This document shows, piece after piece, positions 14,766 through 23,207 of a stretch of 38,472 nucleotides of DNA. A model generated the notes under the pieces. That model was not told the origin of the DNA, did not search any database, and saw nothing but the letters and a program-made list of their open reading frames with translations. A program made the translations under genes and the position numbers. Every line of letters begins with the position of its first letter. Positions within the stretch are counted from its first letter, which is position 1. The stretch is from an uncultured Candidatus Saccharibacteria bacterium (GTDB lineage Bacteria; Patescibacteriota; Minisyncoccia; Phycocordibacterales; XYD1-FULL-46-19). The stretch lies in assembly GCA_964433715.1 (NCBI GenBank), contig CAYSSL010000002.1, positions 1 to 38,472 on the forward strand, written 5' to 3'.

Positions 14766-16682
14766 TTATAAAATATCAGCTGGATCAATTTGGACACTGA
14801 AAGTTGGAGGTAGGGCGCGTAAGACATCTCGCAATTCGTCTATTGGCCAAGAATTTAGGGGGATTCTTATTAGGAGGTGGGCAGAATATTTTATACCGTC
14901 ACTATCAAAGGCTGGGTAAATAGCTGGTTCATACTTTTCTAATAGTCTAGCCAGCTTGGATAGGTCGCGCTTTACTGCTTCCTCGTTGCCGCTGCGACTA
15001 ACTTTGATTAGATTAGAAAAAGGAGGATAGTTGTTTTTGTGACGATCTTCTAGTTCGTGTCGATAAAATTCTAAAATATTGCCATTTTCCAGAAAATTGA
15101 ATATTTTTTCGTCAACTAGGCGAGTTTGAATAATAAATCTTTCACTGGCAATCTCTGCTAGTTGGGTGAGTAAACGCATAACTCGTTCATTGGAACGAAA
15201 ACCGGGAATAGAGAACATATGGTCAAGACTAGCAATGCCGACTAGAGGTAGAGGTTCTAATATATATCTTATAGCCATTTCTGTTCCAATTAAAATTGCC
15301 CCAGGGGTTTTGGCAAATTCGGTAGCTATTTTAATCGCTTGGCCACTAGTGGTGGCATGATCTGAGTCTAAAATAAACACTGGAGCTTCTGGGATAATTT
15401 CACTTATAGTCTCTGAAACTTTCTCAGTTCCTACGCCCAGTGGTGAAAGTTTCCAACTATTGCAAGAATTGCAGCGATCGGTAACTTTTTCTCTTTGTCC
15501 ACACCGATGACAAAGGTAGATGCGGTTTCTGCCTTTGCTGTTGTGCAAAACTAGTGGTTCGTTGCAGTGACCACAAACGACCATGGCATCACAATCGTTA
15601 CATACTGTGGTGGGGGCGAGACCTCGTCGTCCAGCCAAAATAAAAGAATTCTTTTTATGGCTGGTAGCCAATCGTAACCTGTCAGCCAACTCTGGCCCTA
15701 TAACTGTAAATTTTTTATTTTCAGTAGAATTGGGGTCGGTTTTTTTCTTGGTATTTATTACTTCAATTTTTGCTTCACTTTGTAGTCTGTATTTTAAGGG
15801 TGAGGCTGCTAATAATATTTTACGGTTGTATTTTTCAATCATTTCCAAAGGTAAAAATGTATCACCAATAATAAGTCGATGATGACCTATTTCGGCTAAA
15901 TTTTCAGCAAATTTTCGGCCATCAATATGTGGTCTGGTGGGAGAAAAATAGTCTTCGCTGGCCGCCTTTTCTATGATAATAGTTTGACAATTTGCCTTAG
16001 GAAAAGATAAAAAGAGGGGAGTAGTGATAATAAGTTCCGAGTGGTCGCTAGACATAGACTGTTTCCACTTGTTTATCACCTCCTTTTCAGGTGTTTTAGA
16101 GTGTAAAACTATAGTATATGACTCAATCCCTTTACCTAAAACGGGGGCTAATTTCTCGGCTTCAATCGCGGTTGGTACCACAACAAAGATTGATTGATTA
16201 CGGGCAAATATTTCGCGAATTAGGCTGCGATAAAATGAAATACGCTCCTCTAGAGAATCTTGCAAAATCAATTTATCAATAATTGTTCCGCCGGCCGGTA
16301 TTTTTTCCTGATTAGTGATTTTTAATTTAGGCCATTTTTGTTTACTTAAAGAATCTAAAACTGCCTTGGGGGTGGAAAATTTTAAAGTCTGACCAAGAGT
16401 GGCGGCAAAATAATCGCTAGTTTTTTCAGCTGCGCTAATAAATTGAGGTAAAAAGAAACTGGGGTGAATAACAGCTTCTACTTTTTTAAGACTAAAATCG
16501 GATGATTTTAAATAAGCCTTTTGTTGGTCGGCTTGGGTAGAGGATAAAACCAAGGCCGTGGTTATACGTCCGCGAACTGGAACTGACACTAAACTGCCGA
16601 CCGACAAGTCGGATTTTGAGAAGTAGCTTAGATTCTCTTTAAAAATACCTTTTTCAATTGGGGCTACCGTTGTAATATACAT
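14766..16682 (-). CDS. priA: primosomal protein N' (PriA) homologue with degenerate helicase ATPase motifs
   Basis: The PriA-like N-terminus is LSVGSLVSVPVRGRITTALVL. The Cys-rich zinc region is CNDCDAMVVCGHCNEPLVLH...LCHRCGQREKVTDRCNSCNS...LGVGTEKV. The priA-def-fmt order matches the usual synteny. Walker A, DExH and motif VI are not recognisable (see findings). Confidence 0.8.
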   Translation of the reverse strand: MYITTVAPIEKGIFKENLSYFSKSDLSVGSLVSVPVRGRITTALVLSSTQADQQKAYLKSSDFSLKKVEAVIHPSFFLPQFISAAEKTSDYFAATLGQTLKFSTPKAVLDSLSKQKWPKLKITNQEKIPAGGTIIDKLILQDSLEERISFYRSLIREIFARNQSIFVVVPTAIEAEKLAPVLGKGIESYTIVLHSKTPEKEVINKWKQSMSSDHSELIITTPLFLSFPKANCQTIIIEKAASEDYFSPTRPHIDGRKFAENLAEIGHHRLIIGDTFLPLEMIEKYNRKILLAASPLKYRLQSEAKIEVINTKKKTDPNSTENKKFTVIGPELADRLRLATSHKKNSFILAGRRGLAPTTVCNDCDAMVVCGHCNEPLVLHNSKGRNRIYLCHRCGQREKVTDRCNSCNSWKLSPLGVGTEKVSETISEIIPEAPVFILDSDHATTSGQAIKIATEFAKTPGAILIGTEMAIRYILEPLPLVGIASLDHMFSIPGFRSNERVMRLLTQLAEIASERFIIQTRLVDEKIFNFLENGNILEFYRHELEDRHKNNYPPFSNLIKVSRSGNEEAVKRDLSKLARLLEKYEPAIYPAFDSDGIKYSAHLLIRIPLNSWPIDELRDVLRALPPTFSVQIDPADIL

Positions 16683-16817
16683 ACTCTTAAGCTAATTTTT
16701 GTCCAGTATACTGTAATCTGTCAACTTATCCACTTACTGTGTAAAATACGCTTATTTTCAGGTTTAATTTGCTTTTAAAATAGAATATAATTATAGGTGA
16801 ACCAAAGTGTCTGTACT

Positions 16818-18245
16818 ATGGATTTTTCTCCTATATCACCATTATATTCGTCTAAAGATTATCCAGAAGGATCTGATCTTTATGGTCGCACCGAACATCT
16901 AGAAGATGATTTGGCATCTATACCTTGTCGTAGCCTAGATAAAATTGGCCGATTTGTTGTTTTGCCGGCAATAAAAGAATCTCATCAAAATTATTTAGTA
17001 CCAATTGCTGGTCTGATTTTGGCGCTGACATTGCTCAGTACTACCGAGATGTTGTCGGATAAACTTGCGATACTTAATCTCTCTCGTCAAAAGGCGGAGG
17101 GTCATCTATCTTTAAACCTTCCTAAAATTTCTCTACCATTTGAAAGTGACGAACTTTCGGCTTCTTTGTCTGTTTGGGCTAAAGGTTTCGATGCTGGCTG
17201 GCTAGAAACCAAGGGCGCTTGGAAAACATTTTGGGTAGAAGAAGTGTTACCTCTTTCTCCCGCTAGAAAGAAGATAGAAATTAGTCACAGATTGCCAACT
17301 GGCGCTGGACTCGCTTTAGTGGAAAGAAGTTTATCTTCGCCTTGGCCTCAGACGGTGGCCACTATTAGTGACCTGCGGACAGATATTAGGTCGGTGGTCG
17401 GACAAATAAATTATTTCAGTCAGCGTCCGGTTTGGGCTATAAGTGACGCTTTATTGTTGGCTGATCATAATATTACTCTAGCGGTAGAAACTGGTCAGAT
17501 AGTTACCGAAAGATTTAGTAGGGGGGTTAGCGAACTTGCTTTGGTTTCAACAAAGGTTGAATTAGCTAGCCGACATCTTTTAGATAAAAATGTGGCTTTG
17601 GTTGGGTCAGCTACTTTGAGTGTTAAACAAGCTTCTCTATTGGCGACAGCCCAGCTGGCCGCTACCGATCTTTTTGTGCGTAATACTACTTCAGATTTTG
17701 TATGGGTGGCCGACTTTGCCGACAAAGCTTTAATGGCCGCCGCCGCCGAGAGTTTGTCGGGTGCCGATCAAGCCTTCCAAGCTATTTGGTACGGCGTGCC
17801 TCGTCTGGTTATTGCTGGTTATGAGAAAGTGGTGGGGATAATGGCTGAGTTTTGGTTTAATGTTAAATCAAACTGGCTCAATTTCTTTTCTGGTAATTCG
17901 GCAGACACCAGCAACTTAGCTGGTGACGCTTTGCGTGAGCAAATAAGGCAAGAAGTTTTAGATGAATTGGAGCTGGAATTTTCTGGTGTCTTTGATCGCT
18001 TGCGCGAAGGACAACCTACGGTGATTCAGGAGCCGATAGGAGGTAAAAGTGGTGTGGTGGTTGTACCTGAAGGTAAAACGCCGGAAAGTAGAGCGGTGAT
18101 TCAGGGGCGGCTAGAACAAATGTTTTCTGATCCAGTAAAAGTACGCTTTGATCAGGGTGGAAACTCTGGTGTTATTACACCAGAGTTTCGTGAGCAACCG
18201 GGTGATAATTATATATTTCTTCTAACTCCTATTCAGGATAAATAG
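16818..18245 (+). CDS. hypothetical single-pass membrane protein, first gene of the four-gene envelope cluster
   Basis: A long ORF with one TM (LVPIAGLILALTLLSTT) about 60 residues in. The following region is Ala/Leu-rich and probably helical, and the C-terminal roughly 90 residues look beta-rich. I recognise no family. The start is either ATG at 16818 or GTG at 16797. TATAAT at 16786-16791 favours the ATG. Confidence 0.55.
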   Translation: MDFSPISPLYSSKDYPEGSDLYGRTEHLEDDLASIPCRSLDKIGRFVVLPAIKESHQNYLVPIAGLILALTLLSTTEMLSDKLAILNLSRQKAEGHLSLNLPKISLPFESDELSASLSVWAKGFDAGWLETKGAWKTFWVEEVLPLSPARKKIEISHRLPTGAGLALVERSLSSPWPQTVATISDLRTDIRSVVGQINYFSQRPVWAISDALLLADHNITLAVETGQIVTERFSRGVSELALVSTKVELASRHLLDKNVALVGSATLSVKQASLLATAQLAATDLFVRNTTSDFVWVADFADKALMAAAAESLSGADQAFQAIWYGVPRLVIAGYEKVVGIMAEFWFNVKSNWLNFFSGNSADTSNLAGDALREQIRQEVLDELELEFSGVFDRLREGQPTVIQEPIGGKSGVVVVPEGKTPESRAVIQGRLEQMFSDPVKVRFDQGGNSGVITPEFREQPGDNYIFLLTPIQDK

Positions 18246-18248
18246 TTT

Positions 18249-19136
18249 ATGCGGTTTTTTTATTTTTTTACACTATTTTTTGTTGCTTTATTTTTTTTAA
18301 ACACATCGTTAGCTATTGCTCAGGCTAGCCCCTTCTTTGCTGTGTCTCCCACTAAAGCTGAGTTGTGGCTGGCACCCGGTGAGACAGGTGATAAGGTTAT
18401 TACCATTGCCAATAATTTAGGAGGGGCCGCTCGGTTCACAATTACCGTTGAAGATTATGTAGCTTCGGGAAACGGCCTAAAATTATTAGGCCAAGAAGAT
18501 GGTGTTTATTCATTAAAATATTACATTCAAACTCCCCAGTCTTTTGTCTTGGGTCAAGGTGAAAAATATGAATTGCCAATAACTATTAGTTTGCCAGCTA
18601 ATGCCCCAATTAATAGTCTTCATGCGGCGGTGGTGGTGGAGGGGCAAAGGTTAAATGAAATTAGGGGAGCGGCGCGAGTCTCGTCACGTATTGCCGTGCC
18701 GTTTTTTATTCGGGTAGAAGGTGAGGCAAAAGAACAAGGTAAATTACAAAAGTTTGCTCTCACCGGTGGTCCCATTCAGATATTGGGTAATAATTTAAAC
18801 GCTTATATTTCTTTTAAAAACTTTGGCACTACCTATCTCAACCCATATGGTTATCTGGAAATTAAAAACCTGCTATCACAAAAGGTGATGCGAGTCCCTG
18901 TTGATCCGTGGTTTATTTTGCCCAAATCTACCAGAACTAATGATATTGAATTGTCCCGTTTAAATTTATCGGGTCTTTACTCAATTACTTTATATCAAAA
19001 TCGTGGCTATGGAGATTTGATAGACAGTGATAGAATTTTTGGCCTGTTTATATCAAGATTAATCTTCGGCCTGCTGTCGTTGTTGGCTGTTGTCATAGTG
19101 ATGATGGTTATTATGTTAAAATTCAAGAATAAATGA
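18249..19136 (+). CDS. hypothetical cell-surface protein with a signal peptide, beta-sandwich-like region and C-terminal TM anchor (DUF916/DUF3324-like architecture)
   Basis: The signal peptide is MRFFYFFTLFFVALFFLNTSLAIAQA. FAVSPTKAELWLAPGETGDKVITIANN...FTITVEDY...ELPITISLPANAP fits Ig-like strand patterns. The C-terminal anchor is IFGLLSLLAVVIVMMVIMLKFKNK. The stop overlaps the next gene's start as ATGA. Confidence 0.6.
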   Translation: MRFFYFFTLFFVALFFLNTSLAIAQASPFFAVSPTKAELWLAPGETGDKVITIANNLGGAARFTITVEDYVASGNGLKLLGQEDGVYSLKYYIQTPQSFVLGQGEKYELPITISLPANAPINSLHAAVVVEGQRLNEIRGAARVSSRIAVPFFIRVEGEAKEQGKLQKFALTGGPIQILGNNLNAYISFKNFGTTYLNPYGYLEIKNLLSQKVMRVPVDPWFILPKSTRTNDIELSRLNLSGLYSITLYQNRGYGDLIDSDRIFGLFISRLIFGLLSLLAVVIVMMVIMLKFKNK

Positions 19137-19906
19137 AAAATCAATTAACCATTGTTCTAATTATTTTTCTTGGTTTATTGCCAATCGGCCGAGTGGCTTT
19201 GGCTTATGTTGCCGAGAGTAGTAATTACCGTCTGGAGTCTGACAGTATAAACTTTGGTGGGGGCGAAATGTCTAGTTCTGCTTCTTACAGCTTGAGTGAT
19301 ACCTTTGGTGAGGTGGGTACGGGTGAATCTTCTTCATCAAATTATAACCTTCATGCTGGTTATCGGGCTATGGAGGTGGGAGCAGGTGGAGCTGGGGTGG
19401 AGGCAATATCTTTATCATCTCCGTCCGACATTTCTTTGTCTGAAATATCTAGTTCTGATGGTGGTAGTAGTAGTGGTTCTGGAACATGGACAGTGGTAAC
19501 CACTAACGGCGATGGTTATGAATTAACTGTTCGGTCGGGAACGGAGCCGGCTCTAAAGAGTAACAATAGCCAGTTTTCTGATTATGCCCCAAGTGGTTCA
19601 GCTCCTGATTTTTCTTGGCTGACGGACCTAGATGGAGCGATTTTTGGTTTTACAGCTGAAGGAAATGATATTGCTACGCGCTATAAAGATAACACTAGTG
19701 CTTGTGGCACTGGTTCAAGTGATACGACTGATGCTTGTTGGGATGGTTTGTCGACCTCTGATCGTGCCGTCGCTTCTCGTTCCAGCGCCACTTCAGGTAG
19801 TGGTTCTGATACGGTTATGAAATTTAAGGCTGAAATAGGTAGTGACTCCGATTTAGCTGCGGGGAGTTATGAGGCTAATATAATAGTAACAGCTACTACT
19901 TTATAA
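19133..19906 (+). CDS. hypothetical secreted Ser/Gly/Thr-rich protein
   Basis: The signal peptide is MKNQLTIVLIIFLGLLPIGRVALA. An S-x-[NS]-Y-x-L motif occurs three times (SSNYRLESD, SASYSLSD, SSNYNLHAGY). The C-terminus AGSYEANIIVTATTL resembles terminal strands of fibre or pilin-type beta proteins. Confidence 0.6.
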   Translation: MKNQLTIVLIIFLGLLPIGRVALAYVAESSNYRLESDSINFGGGEMSSSASYSLSDTFGEVGTGESSSSNYNLHAGYRAMEVGAGGAGVEAISLSSPSDISLSEISSSDGGSSSGSGTWTVVTTNGDGYELTVRSGTEPALKSNNSQFSDYAPSGSAPDFSWLTDLDGAIFGFTAEGNDIATRYKDNTSACGTGSSDTTDACWDGLSTSDRAVASRSSATSGSGSDTVMKFKAEIGSDSDLAAGSYEANIIVTATTL

Positions 19907-19913
19907 TTTATCG

Positions 19914-21812
19914 GTGAAAAAATATTCAAAAAAATTTTATTTAAGTAGTCTCGTATTTTTGATGCTGCCATCGGTGGTTTTAGCGGTGGCCAGTACTTCC
20001 AGTACGCGGGTTTCGGTGGACGTGGAGGGGGTAATTGTTACTTACCCTATAGAGGGCTGTACCGATCCTAATGCCGAAAATTATTCTAGTCAGGCCGAGG
20101 TTGATAATGGTTCGTGTGTTAATGTGGCGCCCGCCACCAATTTTTTGGCGATCTATAACAGTAGTAGTAAAACAGTTAATTTAACTTGGTCTAACCCCTC
20201 TAATAAGGCCTATTTTGATGCGGTGCGTATTGTCCGTAAAGAGGGGTCAATACCAGTAAGCCCTACCGATGGTACGGTGGTCTATGATGGTGTGGGAGAG
20301 CAGGCCTCTGATTCGGATGTTGATTTAGATACCAGATACTACTATGCCTTATTTGTCCGTTCTACTTCTGGGCGTTATTTGTCACCACTTATTGCCTCAA
20401 TTTTTACCGACGAAGAAACCTGTGAAGACCGTGACGACTGTGACCCTTTTGTCACCTTTGGTCACGCTACGTCTTCTGACCCTTTAATTAGGTCACTTAA
20501 ATTGGGAGATTTTATTTTTAGTCAGCCTTATGAAAGATTGCAATATTTTAGTGAAGGGGGAAAGGTAATAATAAAAGGTAATAAACAATTTACAGTTAGT
20601 CTGCCTTACCACAAGGTGCCAACAGTGTTAAAGACTATCGGTATTACTCTCATTGACCCCCTCAATCCTCAGAAAAGTTTTTCTTTTTTGTTGCGGGCAA
20701 ATTCAGACAAAACTATGTATACCGCTACGGTTGCTCCTCTTGGTCGAACCGGTGTCTATAAAATGAATATTTATGTGATGAATTTCCGCGACCAGACAAT
20801 GAAAAAAATCAGTGGAGATTTGGTGGTGGCAACAGCTGGGGCAATACCGGTAGATATTGATACGGCAGCTACTCTGGGTAAGGGACTAGCTATTAGTACC
20901 GGCTTAGCAGCCATTGCTATTCAAACTTTTGGCATTACTTCACATTTGGCTTCGTTACTAGATATCTATTTGGCTATTTTACGTTTGATTGGAGCTTTAC
21001 TTGGTTTTTTGGGTATAAAAAAGAAAAACAAACCTTGGGGCACGGTTTACGATTCTGTTACCAAGAGACCTATTGACCCAGCCTATGTCTCAATTATTCC
21101 GGTTGCCGGAAAAGAAGAACAAGCCTCGGCTATTACTGATATTGACGGTCGTTATGGTTTCTTTTTGCCGGCTGGTTCTTATATTATTAAAGCCGGTAAA
21201 ACTCACTATGCTTTTCCGTCTCGTACGTTGTATGGTAAAGATCGAGACGAGCTTTATGCCAATCTATATTTTGGTGAACAGGTTGAAGTAAAAGGGGAAG
21301 AAGTGATAAACAAAAATATTCCTTTAGATCCAATTGGTTTTGACTGGAATGAATTTGCTAAATCTAAGTCCGAATTTTTCAAAATATATTCTCAAAAAGA
21401 ATTAAGAAGGAGTCGTATTTTCTCTCTCCTATATACCTTTGGTTTTGTTATTTCTATTGGCAGTCTGATTTTAACTCCTACTTGGTTTGATGTCTTTACA
21501 ATTATTATCTATATTGTCTTATTTGGTTTTCAAAAATATTGGGCCGCTCGCCATCGTCCAGTTCAAGTTAAAAATAAACAAACAGGTGAACCGTTGCCGT
21601 ATTCTATTATTCGTTTTTATTTACCTAGTACTAACACCGAGGTGCGATCGGTGGTTGCCGACGAGCTAGGTCGTTTTTATGCTTTACTCCGACCTGAAAC
21701 TTATTATTATACCGTGGACGAGAAAGAGGCTGACGGATCTTACCGTCGTATCTTTACTTCTTCTCCCGTTGAGTTTTCTCGTGGGGTGATGAGGGGCAAT
21801 ATTGAAGTTTAA
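19914..21812 (+). CDS. large envelope protein with a signal peptide, FN3-like domain, TM segments and two carboxypeptidase-regulatory-like (CarboxypepD_reg) domains
   Basis: A GTG start gives the signal peptide MKKYSKKFYLSSLVFLMLPSVVLAVA. A small Cys motif is GCTDPNAENYSSQAEVDNGSC. The FN3-like stretch is NLTWSNPSNKAYFDAVRIVRKEGSIPVSPTDGTVVYDG...YYYALF. The two CarboxypepD_reg-like stretches are GTVYDSVTKRPIDPAYVSIIPV...TDIDGRYGFFLPAGSYIIKA and VKNKQTGEPLPYSIIRFY...ADELGRFYALLRPETYYYTV. Hydrophobic helices separate these domains. Confidence 0.6.
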   Translation: MKKYSKKFYLSSLVFLMLPSVVLAVASTSSTRVSVDVEGVIVTYPIEGCTDPNAENYSSQAEVDNGSCVNVAPATNFLAIYNSSSKTVNLTWSNPSNKAYFDAVRIVRKEGSIPVSPTDGTVVYDGVGEQASDSDVDLDTRYYYALFVRSTSGRYLSPLIASIFTDEETCEDRDDCDPFVTFGHATSSDPLIRSLKLGDFIFSQPYERLQYFSEGGKVIIKGNKQFTVSLPYHKVPTVLKTIGITLIDPLNPQKSFSFLLRANSDKTMYTATVAPLGRTGVYKMNIYVMNFRDQTMKKISGDLVVATAGAIPVDIDTAATLGKGLAISTGLAAIAIQTFGITSHLASLLDIYLAILRLIGALLGFLGIKKKNKPWGTVYDSVTKRPIDPAYVSIIPVAGKEEQASAITDIDGRYGFFLPAGSYIIKAGKTHYAFPSRTLYGKDRDELYANLYFGEQVEVKGEEVINKNIPLDPIGFDWNEFAKSKSEFFKIYSQKELRRSRIFSLLYTFGFVISIGSLILTPTWFDVFTIIIYIVLFGFQKYWAARHRPVQVKNKQTGEPLPYSIIRFYLPSTNTEVRSVVADELGRFYALLRPETYYYTVDEKEADGSYRRIFTSSPVEFSRGVMRGNIEV

Positions 21813-21860
21813 TCGGTTTTTGGTCATTTTTTTCTAGTTGTCACTGGGGTTATTTTCAAT

Positions 21861-21889
21861 TTGCTCATAGTTCGTTAAACCAGTACAAT
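21861..21889 (+). promoter_or_regulatory. candidate sigma70-type promoter for murA
   Basis: TTGCTC (21861-21866), a 17-nt spacer, then TACAAT (21884-21889). It lies 25 nt upstream of the murA ATG. Confidence 0.35.
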
Positions 21890-21914
21890 AAGCCCGTAAT
21901 AGCTAAAATTTATT

Positions 21915-23207
21915 ATGTCTGAACAACAAAAATTCGTTATTCAAGGTCTGGGGGGTAAGAGAGTATTAAAAGGTAAAATTCCTACACCGGGGGCTAAAAA
22001 TGCCATATTAAAAGTTTTGGCCGCTTCTATTTTATTTAAAGATGAACTGACGGTAGAAAATGTTCCAGAAATAGAAGATGTGACCAGAATGATAGAGCTT
22101 CTAGAGGATTTGGGAATTATTGTAGAGAGAAAAGGGCCAAATTCTTATCGCTTGTTGACATCTGATATTCGGACCAGTGAAATCTCTCCCGAAATATCTA
22201 AAAGATTGCGTTCTTCTATTGTGTTGACTGGTCCGTTGGTGGGGCGACTGGGTGAGGTAACTTTTCCTCATCCGGGGGGTTGTGTTATTGGTAAGCGTCC
22301 AATTGATTTTTTTATTGAAGCTTTTCAAATTTTAGGCGCAGATGTTAAAGACACCGGCGGTGGTTATCATATTAAGGTTGGACGAGGAGGGTTGAAGGGG
22401 TCGGAAATATTTTTCAAAAATCAAAGCGTAACTGCCACCGAAGATTTTTTAATGGCAGCGGTATTGGCTAAAGGCACGACGGTGCTAAAAAATTGTGCGA
22501 TGGAGCCAGAAATAGAGGATTTGGGTAGATTTTTAAACAGTTGTGGTGCTAAGATAGACGGTCTTGGTACTCCGACGATTGTTGTTCAGGGTACTGGTCT
22601 TTTGTCTGGGAAAGGTCAAACCTATACCACCATGCCCGATCGTATTGCCGCTGGTAGTTTTATTATTTTGGGCGCTTTGGCTGGAGAAGATTTAGAAGTG
22701 ACAAATTGTGAACCTAATCATTTAGATTCTCTTTTACACACTTTAAAATTAGTCGGTGTAAATTTAAAGATTGGGAAAAACTATGTTCATATTAAGGGTA
22801 GACAACAGAAATTTAAAGCGGTTGACCTGAAGACTCATGAATATCCGGGTTTCCCGACCGACCTTCAAGCACCAATGTCGGTACTTCTTACTCAAGCTGA
22901 AGGCCAGAGCTTTTTATTTGAAACTATTTTTGAGGGGCGATTGTCTTATCTTGAAACATTAGCCAGAATGGGTGCAGATACACGCGTTTTAGATGCCCAC
23001 CGAGCCCTTGTCCATGGGCCAAAACGCTTGCTGGGCAAGGAGGTGGATAGTCCAGATCTGCGAGCGGGTTTAGCTTATGTTTTGGCGGGTATCATTGCGA
23101 GGGGTAAGACCGTAGTCCATAATATCTATTATATAGATCGGGGTTATGAACATATCGATGATCACCTGAGAAAGATTGGGGTTGATATAAAGCGGGTTAA
23201 TATTTAA
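21915..23207 (+). CDS. murA: UDP-N-acetylglucosamine 1-carboxyvinyltransferase
   Basis: GAKNAILKVLAASIL is present. The active-site loop HPGGCVIGKRPID retains the catalytic Cys. FPTDLQAP and YIDRGYE are present. Length is 430 aa. Confidence 0.95.
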   Translation: MSEQQKFVIQGLGGKRVLKGKIPTPGAKNAILKVLAASILFKDELTVENVPEIEDVTRMIELLEDLGIIVERKGPNSYRLLTSDIRTSEISPEISKRLRSSIVLTGPLVGRLGEVTFPHPGGCVIGKRPIDFFIEAFQILGADVKDTGGGYHIKVGRGGLKGSEIFFKNQSVTATEDFLMAAVLAKGTTVLKNCAMEPEIEDLGRFLNSCGAKIDGLGTPTIVVQGTGLLSGKGQTYTTMPDRIAAGSFIILGALAGEDLEVTNCEPNHLDSLLHTLKLVGVNLKIGKNYVHIKGRQQKFKAVDLKTHEYPGFPTDLQAPMSVLLTQAEGQSFLFETIFEGRLSYLETLARMGADTRVLDAHRALVHGPKRLLGKEVDSPDLRAGLAYVLAGIIARGKTVVHNIYYIDRGYEHIDDHLRKIGVDIKRVNI

